Assembly (NCBI GenBank): GCA_946965045.2
Contig: OX337229.1
Span: 5,518,001-5,582,000, forward strand
Direction of reading: 5' to 3'
Length of the DNA stretch: 64,000 nucleotides
DNA from: Epithemia pelagica
Taxonomy: Eukaryota > Protista > Bacillariophyta
A program made the position numbers and the translations under genes. Below, in pieces: positions 45,306-59,395 of this stretch. Under the pieces are notes generated by a model. That model was not told where the DNA came from. It saw only the letters and a list, made by a program, of their open reading frames with translations, and did not search any database. Numbering within the stretch: the stretch's first letter is position 1; each line of letters begins with the position of its first letter.

Positions 45306-45740
45306 GATATGGTACTCTCTCTAGGTAACAACAATAGTGTTAACCTTACGTGTTATCTTGTTCTGGAGGTGAAAATCCAGATTTTCTGGGAGTTTTGATG
45401 ATGGGTTGCGGTTACCTGCCCCCAGCCCCAGCGGGGGAAAGACTCACCCCCAAGGCGCGACCTGGGCCACCCTCAATTAGAATGATATTACACGATAGGG
45501 CGTGAGTTTCGCTTTACATCTATACAGTAAAACGCCCTAGCGGGGTAGGCTACGTGGGTGGGTTTTAGGCTAGGACGGTGTAGCTAAACCCTCAAAACCA
45601 CCCCCGACACCGCCAGGGGGTGTATACAGTACTTTCGCTTGCGCGCTTGGTCCATGGTCCATTATTGGCGCCTTCTGAGCCGAATAAGAGAACACAACGC
45701 TGTTGGTTGTATCGGTAACCCGTCATTATCATCAACCAGC

Positions 45741-48700
45741 ATGTCCGACGAAAACCAGCCGCAACAGCAGCAGCAGCGTCTCAGTGAAATCTGCAGGGCA
45801 CAAATTTTTGGAAGAACGAAGGAGATTCAAGTACTGAGAAATGCTCTGGAACACATTCGACTCGTGAAAGATGACGTTCCGATATCATCCTTGGGCGAAA
45901 AACACCAAGTGACATCCAGAGCAAGTAATGGCCACATCATTGAATCGAGTGAAGGAGGGTTCAGCTCCACCCAAGTCGAGAATAGTCAAGGTTCCACTCA
46001 ATCCTTCAAGGAGGAGGACGCTCCCGATAGCTCCGAATCCAGTGAACCTCTGCACCAACACTCGGGACGTGAGTTTGTCTTTGTGGATGGGAAATCGGGG
46101 ACAGGCAAGACAACACTCGTTCGAAAGGCTTTTCAAGATTCAGCCTGCTTGTTTTGTTCCGGAAAATTTGAAGAAGCAGGGCAGCCTCGACCGTTCTCGG
46201 CCATTTCCATGTGTCTTGGAGAGTTGTGTACCGCCATGACAGAAGATTCAAACCACAATGAAAGACGGAAGGACTTGTATCCTTCGTTGATTCGGAATGC
46301 ACTGGATATGGACGGACTCCAGATTCTTGCGCGCTTAGTTCCAACCATTTCTCAAGTCTTGGACGTTGCCGTCCTGCGAGGGAATACAACAACCTGTTCG
46401 TCCGCTCAGTCACACGAAGATCTAGAACGGTTGAAATTCGTGCTGCGCAAGTTTCTTGTGGCTGTTTCGACTCAGGAAATGCCCGTGGTCATGTTCTGGG
46501 ACGACATTCAATGGATGGATGTGGCATCGTTTACACTTCTCAAAGCACTGCTGAATAACACAGAATTGCGGCACTTTTTGTTTGTTGGTTCCTACCGGGT
46601 CGATGAAGTTGATCAAGATCACATGGTAACAAAATGTATGGACCACTTACCTCATCGCATTCGTGTCAGCGTCCGAAATTTAAACAAAGATGATTTGACG
46701 TCAATGCTGCAAATGGCGTTTGGCGTCAAGGACTATCAAAACGATCAGCTGGAATCCCTGGGTCAGCTTGTGGATCTTGTACACACTCGGACGGATGGGA
46801 TTATTTTTCATTTTCTAGAAATCTTGGACTTTTTGCAAGCCGAAGGGTTGCTGAAATACGATCGACTCAACTTTCGATGGACATGGGACCTTGACCAGAT
46901 TCAATATCAAACCAATCTATCCGACAACATGGTAGACATTGTGATCACCAGAATACAAAGGCTGCCAGCCAACGTTCGCGAGTTGTTAGAGTTTTGTGGG
47001 CTTCTTGGATTCCGTTTCGACGAAAGCCTCGGGATATCTATTTTTGGACACTTGAGGAACTTAAATGGGGAAGACATTTCAGTCTTACTGGAAACCCTCA
47101 TCAATGAGGGTCTACTTGAATCTGTTCATGGCCGCTTAAAGTTCGTTCATGACAAAGTATATCAAGCGGCTACCGAGGTACAGTCCGATGCGGAGCAGCA
47201 ACATCTTACGATTGGAAGGGAGTTACGGAAACGAATTGATCGGACCAGCGACACGGACGACACGAATAACATGCTTTTCCTTTGCGTGGACCAGCTGAAT
47301 ATGGGTCGGCATCTCGTTTTGGACAAGAATGAAAAGCGCGATCTTGCCAGCCTGAATCTGAGAGCGGCAAGAACAGCATCCAGAATGTCTGCCTTTATTC
47401 CGGCGGCTGGGTATGCCGAAATCGGTTTGGCAGAGCTAGATCCATCGGATCGGTGGACGACATGCTATGCGACAACCTTAGACTTGGCCACTCTCATGGC
47501 GGAAATGTACGCCGTCACAGGTGATATCGACAAACTCTTGAGCATTTCAAAAGAAGTTCTCTCCCATGCAAAGACAATCAATGATAAAATTCGAGTACAC
47601 GTCGCTTTGACCCGAGCGCCGATTGTGGAAAAGAATCTCGAGCATACATATGCGACTTCAGCCAGCGTGCTTGCGGAGCTTGGAGCAAAGCTTCCTCTAA
47701 AACCAGACCGCAAATATAAGGAGCAAACATACTCTAGCTTGAAACGGAAACTGAGTTTGCTATCAGATGACGAGATCATGGCATTTCCAGCAATGACAAA
47801 CCAGGAAAGGATTGGAGCACTCCGAATCTTGGGCTCTATGATCACAGAGCATATGATAACATCCAAGTCGGACTCAATATACTTGGACTTTATCATTTGT
47901 TGTATGGTCAATCTCACTCTGGAGTACGGACTTTGTGCGGAATCTGTCGTTGGATTCTCGATTTTGGGAGCACGCCTTGCTGGAGCGGGTGAAATCAATC
48001 TGGCCCAGAGGTTTGCAAAGTTGTCAAGAATGTTGTTGGATATACCCGGGATTGACACAACGGGCCGTCCAAGAGTGTTGCTAGGTACAGTCATGGTGTT
48101 GCACTGGAGTGAAAGCCTTTCAAGCTTAACGGACCAAGCACTTGCAGCGTTCGAGTACGGTATGAGATATGGTGACACGACGACGGGATTTTCGGTGAGT
48201 ATGACAATTTGGAGTATGGTCCCGTCTTTTGTGAAATGGTGTCTCACATCCACAAGGTAGGCAGTGCTCATGTATTCCTCCCTTTACTTGTATTCAGGCC
48301 TTCCACTGGGTACGGTTCTTCAGAAAAATATGATACCGTATCGTCTCTTCCCTCACTCGCAACGTGTCTCTCGTTTTGGTTCTTTATAGGTCCTCTCTTG
48401 GAAGACTGCAAAAAGATGGTGGGTGGCTTGTCTGACTATGGACAACATTCCATGCTGCTGATGCATTTACCAATCCAACAGTGCGCCGCAAACCTAATGG
48501 GACTAAACAAAGATGTGCTCAACCTAAACCAAGGTCCTCTTCGGAAACTTCGCGCAAAACTGGGTTGGAAATATGGTGTGGGTGGCTCAGGAGAGTTCAC
48601 AGAACATTCACTTCGCATGCAAATAGCCTTCTACTGCGAAGAGTTTGATCTTGCTTCAAATCTAATGAAGACTGTGAAAGCAAATACTCCATCAGTGACC

Positions 48701-49324
48701 ATTTCGCTGTGGCAAGATCAGCAGCGGACATTCTTCTATTGCCTACTTGAAATTCACGCTCTTAAGAGTCGTTCGGCAAAGTCCATTGTCCGTCGTCGAG
48801 CACATCGCAAGGAAGCACAAAAGTTCTACACACAAATGCGGAAATGGGTTCTGGACCTGGCCAGTGCAAATAGCGCACACAAGCTACTCATACTGGATGC
48901 GGAAATGCTGTCTTTGCAGTTGGGGCTTAAACGGAAGGCGTCGAAAACGGAACGACTGGAACAAGCGTACGATAAAGCCATTGCAGCGAGCACAAGAGGT
49001 ACGGAACCGTAACAATACCAATATGAGTTCTTGCGTCCACTCTCATGCTTCTTGTCTGTTTCAGCCGGGTTTTTGCAAGATGGTGCCCTGGCGGCTCACT
49101 TGGCCTGTCGCGCCGTCCGCCACAAAGAATCCATGTACTGGGACCGAGCCGTTGATCTGTATAGGAAGTGGGGAGCACAAGGTATTGTGAACCATGTTCA
49201 AAAATACAGGAATCGAGTTCCTTCGGAACGGATGGTCAACGATATTCAGTCATTGGCTGGTTATCGAGGGCGAAGCCGGTACGATGGTACTGTGGTGGAT
49301 GGACACAAGTCCATAGGTGACTGA
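45741..49324 (+). CDS. AAA_16/STAND-like P-loop ATPase with helical (TPR-like) C-terminus, 4 exons, 1123 aa
   Basis: Walker A GKSGTGKT, GKFE, Walker B VMFWDDIQWMD, RTDG, KFVHD, LNLRAA motifs. Exons 45741-48194, 48261-48309, 48390-48998, 49065-49324 (3372 nt in frame). Confidence 0.85.
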
Positions 49325-49772
49325 GGCCACACACCTTATGGGACTAGCTTTTTGACTTTTTGACTCTATCTGCGACAGTCTCTCCGCCCGTGCCAAGATT
49401 GAAATGACTCATTTTCTTGTAGAGCCACTGGAGAAGCGGCCCTTTCGTTTTGAGGAGCAACCTTCACACTCCACAAAAATTAAACGTTTTAGTTCAACCT
49501 TTTTGTTTATTTTATGATCTTTGCAGTTGTCGCTTTCGTTTGTGTTAAGTTTTCGTCCTAAACAAATCTACGAACACAGAGGAGAGGGAATGGCGAACGC
49601 AAATAGAGAGAGAGGGTCACGGTTCATGGTCGGGGTACGGGGTAGAATAGTATAGGTAGATATATATAGGTAGTGTTAGTTGTCCAAAGCCCGAAAATGC
49701 GACTGTGACGCGTCTGGTTGCATTTAATAAACACGACATGGGAAAAGGAGAGGCAACACTGCTCTGTCGACA

Positions 49773-51125
49773 ATGGCAACGGCAAACCTACGATCGTCAG
49801 CGGATGCAAAAGTCACGTATTCAGAACCCAAGACTGTTCATGTTGCGGGGACAAAGAGGAAGGCTGATTCCTTGGGGAGACTGGGTGCTTCAGTCGGCTC
49901 ATCCACATCGAACACCATGGCGGGCCGTGGAGCTCTTGTGGGATGGACTTTATGCCCTCTTTGTGGGAGGCACTCGAAGAAACGATTTGCTTTGGGAAGA
50001 GGAATCGCATCTCATCTTCATGCAGTCCATACACCATGGAAACCTGGAAAAGCAGAGCGAAGGAAAAGACGCCGTATGTGCGAGAGACTCCAGAGGGAGA
50101 AGAAACAAGGGCACATGGATGGGCCTCGATCTGATGCCGAGCTCCAAGACTCAGCTGATGTATTAGACCGAGAGCCTTCAGAACAAGAAATCAAAGAATG
50201 GGAAGAGCAGGTTATCAAGATTGTCAAAGAGCTGGAAGATTCTTTCAGAGAGAAACAAGGAAACGACAATGTCGGTGTTGATCGAACTGGAATAGAAGTG
50301 AAACCGTATCGAAAAAGCCTACCACCGTTCATTGCAGCAGCTGCTGATGGAATGCTCTCCGTGTTGGAGGACATGATGGCCAAGGAGTCGTCAAAATCAA
50401 GACAACATGCTTGGGAACTTCTCAATTGCAGAGACAGACACTTGTCCACAGCGGAACACTGGGCAGCTGGAGAAGGGAATCTTTCCTGTTTAAAATTCTT
50501 GCTTTCGAAAAGACGTCAGCTTCAGGATCCTTTAGACTCATCAGGATGTACTGAGGCTAACAAAAAGGTTAGACGCCGTGATGGGAAAACTTGCTTACAT
50601 TATGCAGCACGAAATGGAAGAATCGAAACTGCCAAGTATTTGATTGATGAGTGCGGGTTTGCAGTTGATGAACGGTCTGGCGATGGAACAACCCCCATGC
50701 ATTTGGCGTGCTTTGGTACGCATATTGAAACTGTCCAACTTCTCCTCGACCGTGGAGCAAATCCCAACGAAACAAATGACTGGGGTTGTGGTGTTTCGCA
50801 CTGGACAGGAATGGCCAAGACTCCAAACACAAAAGGGTCCGTCAAAGAGCTCTGCAGTCTTTTACAAGAGAATCACAGAGTCGACTTTATGCTACGACAG
50901 AAGCAAGGCCACACTGCGTTGCACAAGGCTGCACAGTCAAAGAATTATGCCGCCATTGAGTGGATGGCGAACGAGAAGCAACAGGGTGGAGCGGGTTTTG
51001 CGGATGCTCAGAAACGAGACCTTGGTCAATGTGATAGCGGTGGTCACAAGCCTAGTGACATTCTCCTAGGCGTTGGAGGTGACAAAGAATTCGCACAATG
51101 GATGGTTGATTCATTCAACTGGTAG
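49773..51125 (+). CDS. Ankyrin-repeat protein with N-terminal C2H2-type zinc finger (450 aa)
   Basis: CPLC...HLHAVH finger; ankyrin motifs TAEHWAA, TCLHYAARNG, TPMHLAC and TALHKAA. Confidence 0.85.
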   Translation: MATANLRSSADAKVTYSEPKTVHVAGTKRKADSLGRLGASVGSSTSNTMAGRGALVGWTLCPLCGRHSKKRFALGRGIASHLHAVHTPWKPGKAERRKRRRMCERLQREKKQGHMDGPRSDAELQDSADVLDREPSEQEIKEWEEQVIKIVKELEDSFREKQGNDNVGVDRTGIEVKPYRKSLPPFIAAAADGMLSVLEDMMAKESSKSRQHAWELLNCRDRHLSTAEHWAAGEGNLSCLKFLLSKRRQLQDPLDSSGCTEANKKVRRRDGKTCLHYAARNGRIETAKYLIDECGFAVDERSGDGTTPMHLACFGTHIETVQLLLDRGANPNETNDWGCGVSHWTGMAKTPNTKGSVKELCSLLQENHRVDFMLRQKQGHTALHKAAQSKNYAAIEWMANEKQQGGAGFADAQKRDLGQCDSGGHKPSDILLGVGGDKEFAQWMVDSFNW

Positions 51126-51177
51126 ATCGGGATCTAGTGTTAAAGGGATGATGAGCTTGCTCTTTCTATTCAACGAC

Positions 51178-53616
51178 TCAATGCTCGGATTTGACCTTTG
51201 CTTCAAGTTCCCATTCCTTCTGCAAATGCTTTGTAACTCTTTCAACAAGGAGGGCCTTCTTCCCAGCAACTGGCTCCCCCAGACTCTTCAGTTTCGATTT
51301 CAACTGTGCCACATTTGCACTGCCAACTTCTTTATTTTGAAACAAGTCCATCCAATCGACACCGCTATCGTCGTGTGGAGGCGTTTTCTTGCGTTTTCCT
51401 TGAGAAGCTGATTTCTTTCGGGTGGGAAGCTCTTCATCGGGTAGAAGACTTTGAATAGTTTCAATTTCGCTTTTCGTGATGCGCATGAGCTCATCTTCGT
51501 CAACAAGAGTTCCTTCGTAATCTCGCTTTTCATCTTCTTCGTGATTGTCCAAGCTTTCTTGATGCGCCAACTTCTCAACATATTCCCAATACTGTACGAG
51601 GTGAGCGTTCTGGAATGATTCTCCAATCTCGGAACCCTGTAGGGTCTGTTTTTCAACCAGGCTTGCAAAGGCATCAACTAGCTCGTCCTGCTTCAATGGG
51701 GAAACAGCCTCCTCTTCGATTACGTCGTTTTCTTTGGCGGACCGGACCTCATCTGCAAAAGGCAACGGAGATGCAAGAAACGCAACTTCAGGCCACTCCA
51801 TTCCAACAGAAGACGACCCATCTTCTTCATCTTTTCCTTGATCAATGGTCTCAGACAACGGCCACATGGCCACGATGCGGCTTGTGCTTGTCACCCTGGT
51901 GAGAAGCTCTCCGACAAGCACCACATTTTCCTCACACATGGCATGGAAAAGACTAGCGACGGCATGGTAGTTGTTGGAATGGTTACTTGCTTCCTCCGGA
52001 CTTGTATCATTTGATAGAATTGGGGGAGGGACACAGACGTAGGAGCTTTCAATGGACAACTGATCCGAGAGTTCCTCCTTTGGTCGAAAACCAATAACGA
52101 TGAGACTGGCAAACTCTGAATTCGTGTTCGAGCCTTTCTTTATCATCATTTTGTCTTTGGGTGTCATTGGGACTCGGTCCGCACCAAACGGGATAAAAGA
52201 ACGCAGTCGCGATGAAGGCTTTGCCTTCGTCTTAGATCCGGTTATCTGTTCAAACAAAACATCTTGTTGGGTTTTCGTCACAATTTGACGGAGTGATTGG
52301 ACGGCATGACCGGTGTCTTGACTGATGGAGAGCAGATTGGGTTTCTTGGAGGTTTGCGTCTGTCAAGCAAACGAAACGGTTAGACATTTGCCGGACTTCG
52401 CCGCATGGTAAAGATGGACTGCTTTACTTACAAGGCGATACCAATCCAACAAGTAGGAGTTCCGGCGATCAATTTTTGCTTCTTGCCAGTCAGGAAGAAG
52501 AAGCGGCAAACGACGATAGATCGGTCGTGTCGGCTTCCAGTATGTTTTGAGTTCTGGCATGATTGTCTCCGTCAAATCTTGCATTTCTTCGCTGGATTTG
52601 TCTCGCAATGGGGTTTGAAAGGCTGCCAGAGAATCAAAGAATCGACCGTAGTCAAAACACGAATCATCTTCATCGGGTCCAGGCATACCCCATACAACAA
52701 GATTGAATCTTCCTTCTTCTTTGAGATCATTGACTTGCGCTCGTAGGTCTTCGCCCCTGTGCGGTTTCGGGTCGTTTGTCCATACCCAAACTTGAATACG
52801 ATCTGTCTTGGGGGAAGAGGGAGTCGATTTTGACTTTACAAATGTAGACTGCTCCATGTGTTTGATCCCTTGATCCAATGCGAGCTGCAAAGGGCAGTAT
52901 TCAGGGCTTTCTTCGCCCTCAATAGCAACATAATCATTTTGCAAAGCATCAATGGTTTCCCTTGCATTGCTAATGTCGCGAACCGTGGCGATACCGGGCT
53001 TTGTAACTGATACGAGTTCATGAACAGTCGTTTTTCTTTGATTTGCGTAATAATCCACTTGATCGTCTTCGTCGTCCTGATTTTCATCTTCCTTTTCTTT
53101 AATCGCTTCACCACGCTCCTTCGGGGTTCGATACTTTGTATTGTAGAGCAATACTGCAAAACCATTCCTCTTCCCTGTATGGAACATGACTTGCTCTTGT
53201 ACACTGAGACAACGACAGCGAGACAAATGTTAGACATTCGTGTTTGGTGCCTGTGTTTGGAACAAGAGGTGGCAGTACGGAATGCTTACTTCAGGCGTAC
53301 AAAATCGTTCAAAAAAGACAATATCTGGGAGATGGCACTATCACCACCCTTTTTGCTTTTCCACATGCTTGAATTGCAGTCAATCAAGCACAAATAATGC
53401 TGCGCAACACCAGCATTGGAACTCATCCAGTCATTGTCGTCTCCCACATCATCATCATTGTCTCCTCCGGCTCCATTGTTCTCATCATCGTCATCATCCG
53501 ACCACTATAGAGGGAGAAAGGGAACACCGCTACCAACATGAGAAACCAACAAACCATCCAGTGCAAACCGTCGCATCCACAATACCTACCCCGTCGCCCC
53601 AACAGTCGTCATCCAT
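51178..53616 (-). CDS. KU70: Ku70 (XRCC6), NHEJ DNA end-binding subunit, 4 exons, 731 aa
   Basis: Exons 53616-53590, 53504-53290, 53203-52432, 52359-51178 (2196 nt in frame). vWA motif LIDCNSSM, WVWTND, core LPFADEVR, C-terminal SAP domain VAQLKSKLKSLGEPVAGKKALLVERV. Confidence 0.85.
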
Positions 53617-53855
53617 ATTTTCGTCTGGGATCTTTGTTTGGTTGACAACAATGAGAAGACTTTATTGGACGCAAGACGCTACACTCCTGAAAAACTGAAA
53701 ACTTGCTGCCGATCCATAGAGCTACCCATAACCTGGATACTACCTCTGGCCTCACTGGCTAAGGAGTCAAAAGTCATAACCAACGAAAAAGAAGCGTCTA
53801 CCTAGTAGTTTACATTGGTATCAAATATCAAATCCTCTCTTGAAAGTCTCCATGG

Positions 53856-54359
53856 TCAGGATTTCGAAAGCAGTGGGCGCCGTAGAAAAATAGTAAAGCT
53901 CACCAGCGAATTGGGATGTCCTAGGGCTCTCGGTTTCCCGGGTGTCTCCACATCGACAACCCTGATTGGAATTCCTGCCACTGATACAACCCACAAATTA
54001 GGTCGAATGTTGAAGGTGGCCATTTTGGAATGAATTTCCACTTTCGTTGCGCCGAGAGCGTATCGAATATTTTCGGGATAGCGTTTCACCAGGCCCACCA
54101 CATCCTTTACCGATGAAAAGCGAATACGGCCGTGAACTGTTGCATAGCCAAAAAGATGACTCAGTGGGGGAGCCATCAGATATTCTTCGGCCAGTCCAAA
54201 CTGCTTCTCTACACTCCGGATCCCCGAGTGTTCCTTGTCAGTGGGAATGGATGCGCCCGTTTCGGAAATCGTCCTTTGGAGTCTTGGGATTCCATCAAAG
54301 TTCAGGTCCGTAATGCCGTCAGGAGTCGGGATGTTCTGGGTTTGTCTTCTGTTTCCCAT
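53856..54359 (-). pseudogene. Short ORF resembling a degenerate restriction-endonuclease-like (PD-(D/E)xK) domain fragment
   Basis: NIRPNLWVVSVAGIPIRVVDVETP resembles a PD...(E)xK core with the catalytic residues altered. Pattern recall only. Confidence 0.3.
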
Positions 54360-54627
54360 GGTTCATGGATGGGTTTTGTGATAGCTAGGAGTACTTTGCT
54401 ATCCTTGAATCAGTTACTGCACGGAAAAGGTGATTGTTCCAATGGTTTATCCTCTCAGCGAGAATCATGCAAGCTACAAAGGGCTCTCTACAGAGACTTC
54501 TTGCACCAAAGTCTCCCGCAAGCGTAACGCCAAGCCATAGAGTCGGTAGATCAGGGCCGAGCATTCAGGTCAAGGGACAATGCGACAATCCTTCAGAGAA
54601 CCAATTGAACGTCGAATATCACCAAGA

Positions 54628-55593
54628 TCAATCATCTTGTTGTGGATTCGACAATGCTTCATAAAACAGTTTCCATGAATCTTTCTCTTTGTTGCGAACA
54701 GCACCTAACACTCGCTTCTTTTTCGCTAGAAGTTTGACTGGCTCATGGAACACGCTATGAGTGTCCTTTTGGCAGATTGGACAGAGCGCTTCTGTTGCTC
54801 CTCGGGAAACTCCCTGAAGAAAATGATCCATGATACATTCATGGCAAAAGTAATGACCACAATTCGTCACAATTGGAGCCTTGAAATATTCCCGGCATAC
54901 ATGACAAGCAAAAGGAAGACCATCTGTATCAAACGTTGAACCAGACTCCTTCTCTTTCTTCCTTCCTCCGTCCAAAAATTGAGTTATCTCCTTTTCTTGT
55001 TTTTCTTTCTTCCTTCTTTGTTCTTCTTCCCACTGCGCTTCAAGCTGCCATCCTGTCAGAGTGTCGCCTCGATCGTGCAGGTAAATACAAGTGTCTCCAA
55101 AGCCACAAAACCCAGTATCTTTGTAGTCCTTGCATATGTCAGGCTGGTAATCAAAACGCGCAGTCACTCGAATATTTTGAGAGGCTTTGATTGGACCCGC
55201 CAGGAATTTGTTGCGCTTGGTATCTCGATAGATGCCATCTTCACCACGACCGGTGGCAGGGCGATTCTTTGAAGCTTCAATCTCTTCTTTTGAAGGTAAA
55301 TGCCCAGCTGCACGGGTTGCGAGATCCGAGGTCGAAATTGATGAATTTTTTGTTTCATATGTGTGCATTGTCAACGAAGTGGTCTCGGCACTCTCTGCAG
55401 AGCTTCGGATGCTGCTGCTGGCTGTCTTGGATGTCGTATTCAGTCGTTTGCGGGCTTCTGAAATCAAATCAGATGTCGTGGCGTCGCCCTCTTCATCGCT
55501 GTTTTTCATAGCACCATCATGTACCTCGACTTCGTCATCCGTGCGCTTTCGAAGGCCATCCTTGTTGCGCTTTCGCTTTGGTTTACGGAACAT
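54628..55593 (-). CDS. CWC24: Pre-mRNA splicing factor CWC24 / RNF113 (CCCH finger + RING)
   Basis: GPIKASQNIRVTARFDYQPDICKDYKDTGFCGFGDTCIYLHDRGD and LPFACHVC...TNCGHYFC...CPIC. ATG at 55593. Confidence 0.93.
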   Translation of the reverse strand: MFRKPKRKRNKDGLRKRTDDEVEVHDGAMKNSDEEGDATTSDLISEARKRLNTTSKTASSSIRSSAESAETTSLTMHTYETKNSSISTSDLATRAAGHLPSKEEIEASKNRPATGRGEDGIYRDTKRNKFLAGPIKASQNIRVTARFDYQPDICKDYKDTGFCGFGDTCIYLHDRGDTLTGWQLEAQWEEEQRRKKEKQEKEITQFLDGGRKKEKESGSTFDTDGLPFACHVCREYFKAPIVTNCGHYFCHECIMDHFLQGVSRGATEALCPICQKDTHSVFHEPVKLLAKKKRVLGAVRNKEKDSWKLFYEALSNPQQDD

Positions 55594-56099
55594 GATCGTG
55601 TTTTTTGTTTTGCCTTTGGCAAATTTGTGCGTGGCGTTGAAACGGGGTGAATTCGCAGAGTTCCGGGACTCATTCAGTCCGGCCTCGCACACACGTCTGG
55701 TGCTGGTTCACGATGGCGCTACTACGGGTAGTAGTCGATAGTCTACCCCATGCCCATTGTCCCTACGGCTCTCTACCTCTAGTGCAATCGATTGAAACCA
55801 GGTTTCTGGCGTTTGGAAACTGAGATGGAATCGAAAACGAAGACTTAAATTAGAGTTTTCTTTCCAACGATCACATAAAGAATTCAACCGAGCAATCCTC
55901 ACCATTATGGAGCTTGTCACATCCAACAAGACACCCAAACAGTTCATATATCCCTTGAGATCATTTTGCTTAGCGCATCCAACTAGGCCCGTTTGCAAGC
56001 CTACAAAAAAGGTGGTAATACCACCGCAATCATGGCAATCATGAATTAAAAGTTTTGCCGTATAGACACAGCAGCATCAGGAAGTTGTTGTTTCCATTC

Positions 56100-57245
56100 T
56101 CATGATGAAGGTGGTGGCGCCCCTTGTGCCATGACCCAGAACGGAAGTTTCCAGTCGGGAATCAAGTCCACGGGAATTTGCTTTCTCAGCGTGTCATCAA
56201 AGCCATAGGTTGGTAACAAAAACTTGAGCGAGCGAATACTGGGTGGTACTGTTCCATCGATATCCGTAAAGCCATATTCTTGGGCCAGCTCGGCCACCAC
56301 TTGGTAGGTTCCAGACTTGGCCATATTGTCCGAGTCCAAGGCAACTGCCACGACAGCACGACCGGTAAATCGGGTGGTTTCGGCATTGTCCAATGGCAAC
56401 TGAACATACTTCTCCCACTCTCCGCTTTGGACCAGGTCCTGTGTACGTTCGGTATCAACCAGACCCGGCCAAAACGATACCACCGAAATATTCTCTGGCG
56501 TCAACTCCACTGCCATATCCTTAGCCAATCGGTCCACGGCCGCTTTTTGAACCCCATAAATGACATTGAATGTGTACGTGATGCCTCCAAACGAGCTGAT
56601 CATTCCGATAAAGGGTCGGGGGAGATGCTGACGCGGATCGTCTCTCGCTTTTTGGAGTAGTGGCATGGCGTAGCAGGTGGCGACAAAGTGATTTCGGAGT
56701 CCCACCGTGTGCAAGGTATCCCAGGAGGAGGTCCCTTGTTCCCAAAACTTTTTGTACAGCTGGTCGACACCTCCTGAGGGTAGTCGAAAGGCATTGTTGA
56801 CCAAAATATCGAGTCGACCCTGTTCTCGATCAATCCTCTCCATAAGTCTAGCCACATCTTCATCTACTGCATGATCACAGATGACGGCAATGCCTGTTCC
56901 TCCCATTTCGTTGATTGTCTCGGCTGTTTCTTCGACCGATCCAGGACCTTCACCATCTCTATTATTGGTACGAGAAGACGTTCCAGTGACATAGACCGTT
57001 GCTCCCTGAGCGCCCAATTCCAAAGCAATACCCTTTCCGATACCTCGACTAGCCCCAGTTACAAGACAAACACAATCCGATAACCTTGGCAAAGTGGATG
57101 AACTATCATCGGCTGTACTCCTCAGAAGGAACTGCCGAGCCGGACCAAAGCTGGGCAAGGACACTGTTGAACTTTGAAATGCCCCTGAAACCTTGAAGAG
57201 CATCCAGCCACAAGCTATCAGACCGAGGATACAGCACGATGCCAT
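56100..57245 (-). CDS. Short-chain dehydrogenase/reductase, DHRS1-like, with bipartite plastid-type presequence
   Basis: TGASRGIGKG, LVNNA and catalytic YGVQK. MASCCILGLIACGWMLFKVSGA|FQ looks like a signal peptide with a +1 Phe. Confidence 0.88.
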   Translation of the reverse strand: MASCCILGLIACGWMLFKVSGAFQSSTVSLPSFGPARQFLLRSTADDSSSTLPRLSDCVCLVTGASRGIGKGIALELGAQGATVYVTGTSSRTNNRDGEGPGSVEETAETINEMGGTGIAVICDHAVDEDVARLMERIDREQGRLDILVNNAFRLPSGGVDQLYKKFWEQGTSSWDTLHTVGLRNHFVATCYAMPLLQKARDDPRQHLPRPFIGMISSFGGITYTFNVIYGVQKAAVDRLAKDMAVELTPENISVVSFWPGLVDTERTQDLVQSGEWEKYVQLPLDNAETTRFTGRAVVAVALDSDNMAKSGTYQVVAELAQEYGFTDIDGTVPPSIRSLKFLLPTYGFDDTLRKQIPVDLIPDWKLPFWVMAQGAPPPSS

Positions 57246-57443
57246 TTTGAAGGTGATATAGATCGCCAATTGCACTAGTAGCAAGCTCTTTGCCGTCGGC
57301 CAAAGTCTAAACAGTGACGACGATGGCGACGATGGCGACGATGACGGTGGCACCTCTGGATTTTCCCAGTATCCAACCAGCTCCGTTGCCAATCGGTCGC
57401 GGATCTTTTTTCCAAAGTTCATTTGTAGTCTGCCCAATTCTAA

Positions 57444-59000
<1,557 letters not shown>

Positions 59001-59395
59001 GTTTCTGGAATATAATTCTGCAGTTTTAAAGAACGACCTTCTCCTACTTCTATATTGCGATTGGGAACCATTTGATTGGCTTGCAAGGCATTGATGAGGA
59101 CACTATATATGGGGGAGCTATGTCGATTCTTCGGTCTCGTCTTGGGTAGCAGTAGATGAGTTGCCAGCCATTTAGAGCGACTGACTGGTCGCTTCGAAAA
59201 TCACGAAGAAATCTGGATGGCGAATCGGAACCTGATCCAGAATTCGCCGCTCTTTTCGGGCCATATGTCTCAACTTTTTGAGCACACGACATCAACAGAT
59301 CGTGTCTTCTCATCTCTATCGAAATAAGAGCTGTCAACGCAACAATAATTGTTCTTTCCCCTGAGAATCATTGTAGTCATTGCAGTAACCAACAA

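Noticed and set aside
45408-45425. U1 snRNA-like TTACCTG
   Set aside because: Lacks the ATACTTACCTGG 5' end, U1 stem-loop motifs and an Sm site.
45639-49324. Bacterial contamination or recent HGT because of the bacterial-type ATPase
   Set aside because: The gene has three canonical spliceosomal introns and sits among typical eukaryotic genes.
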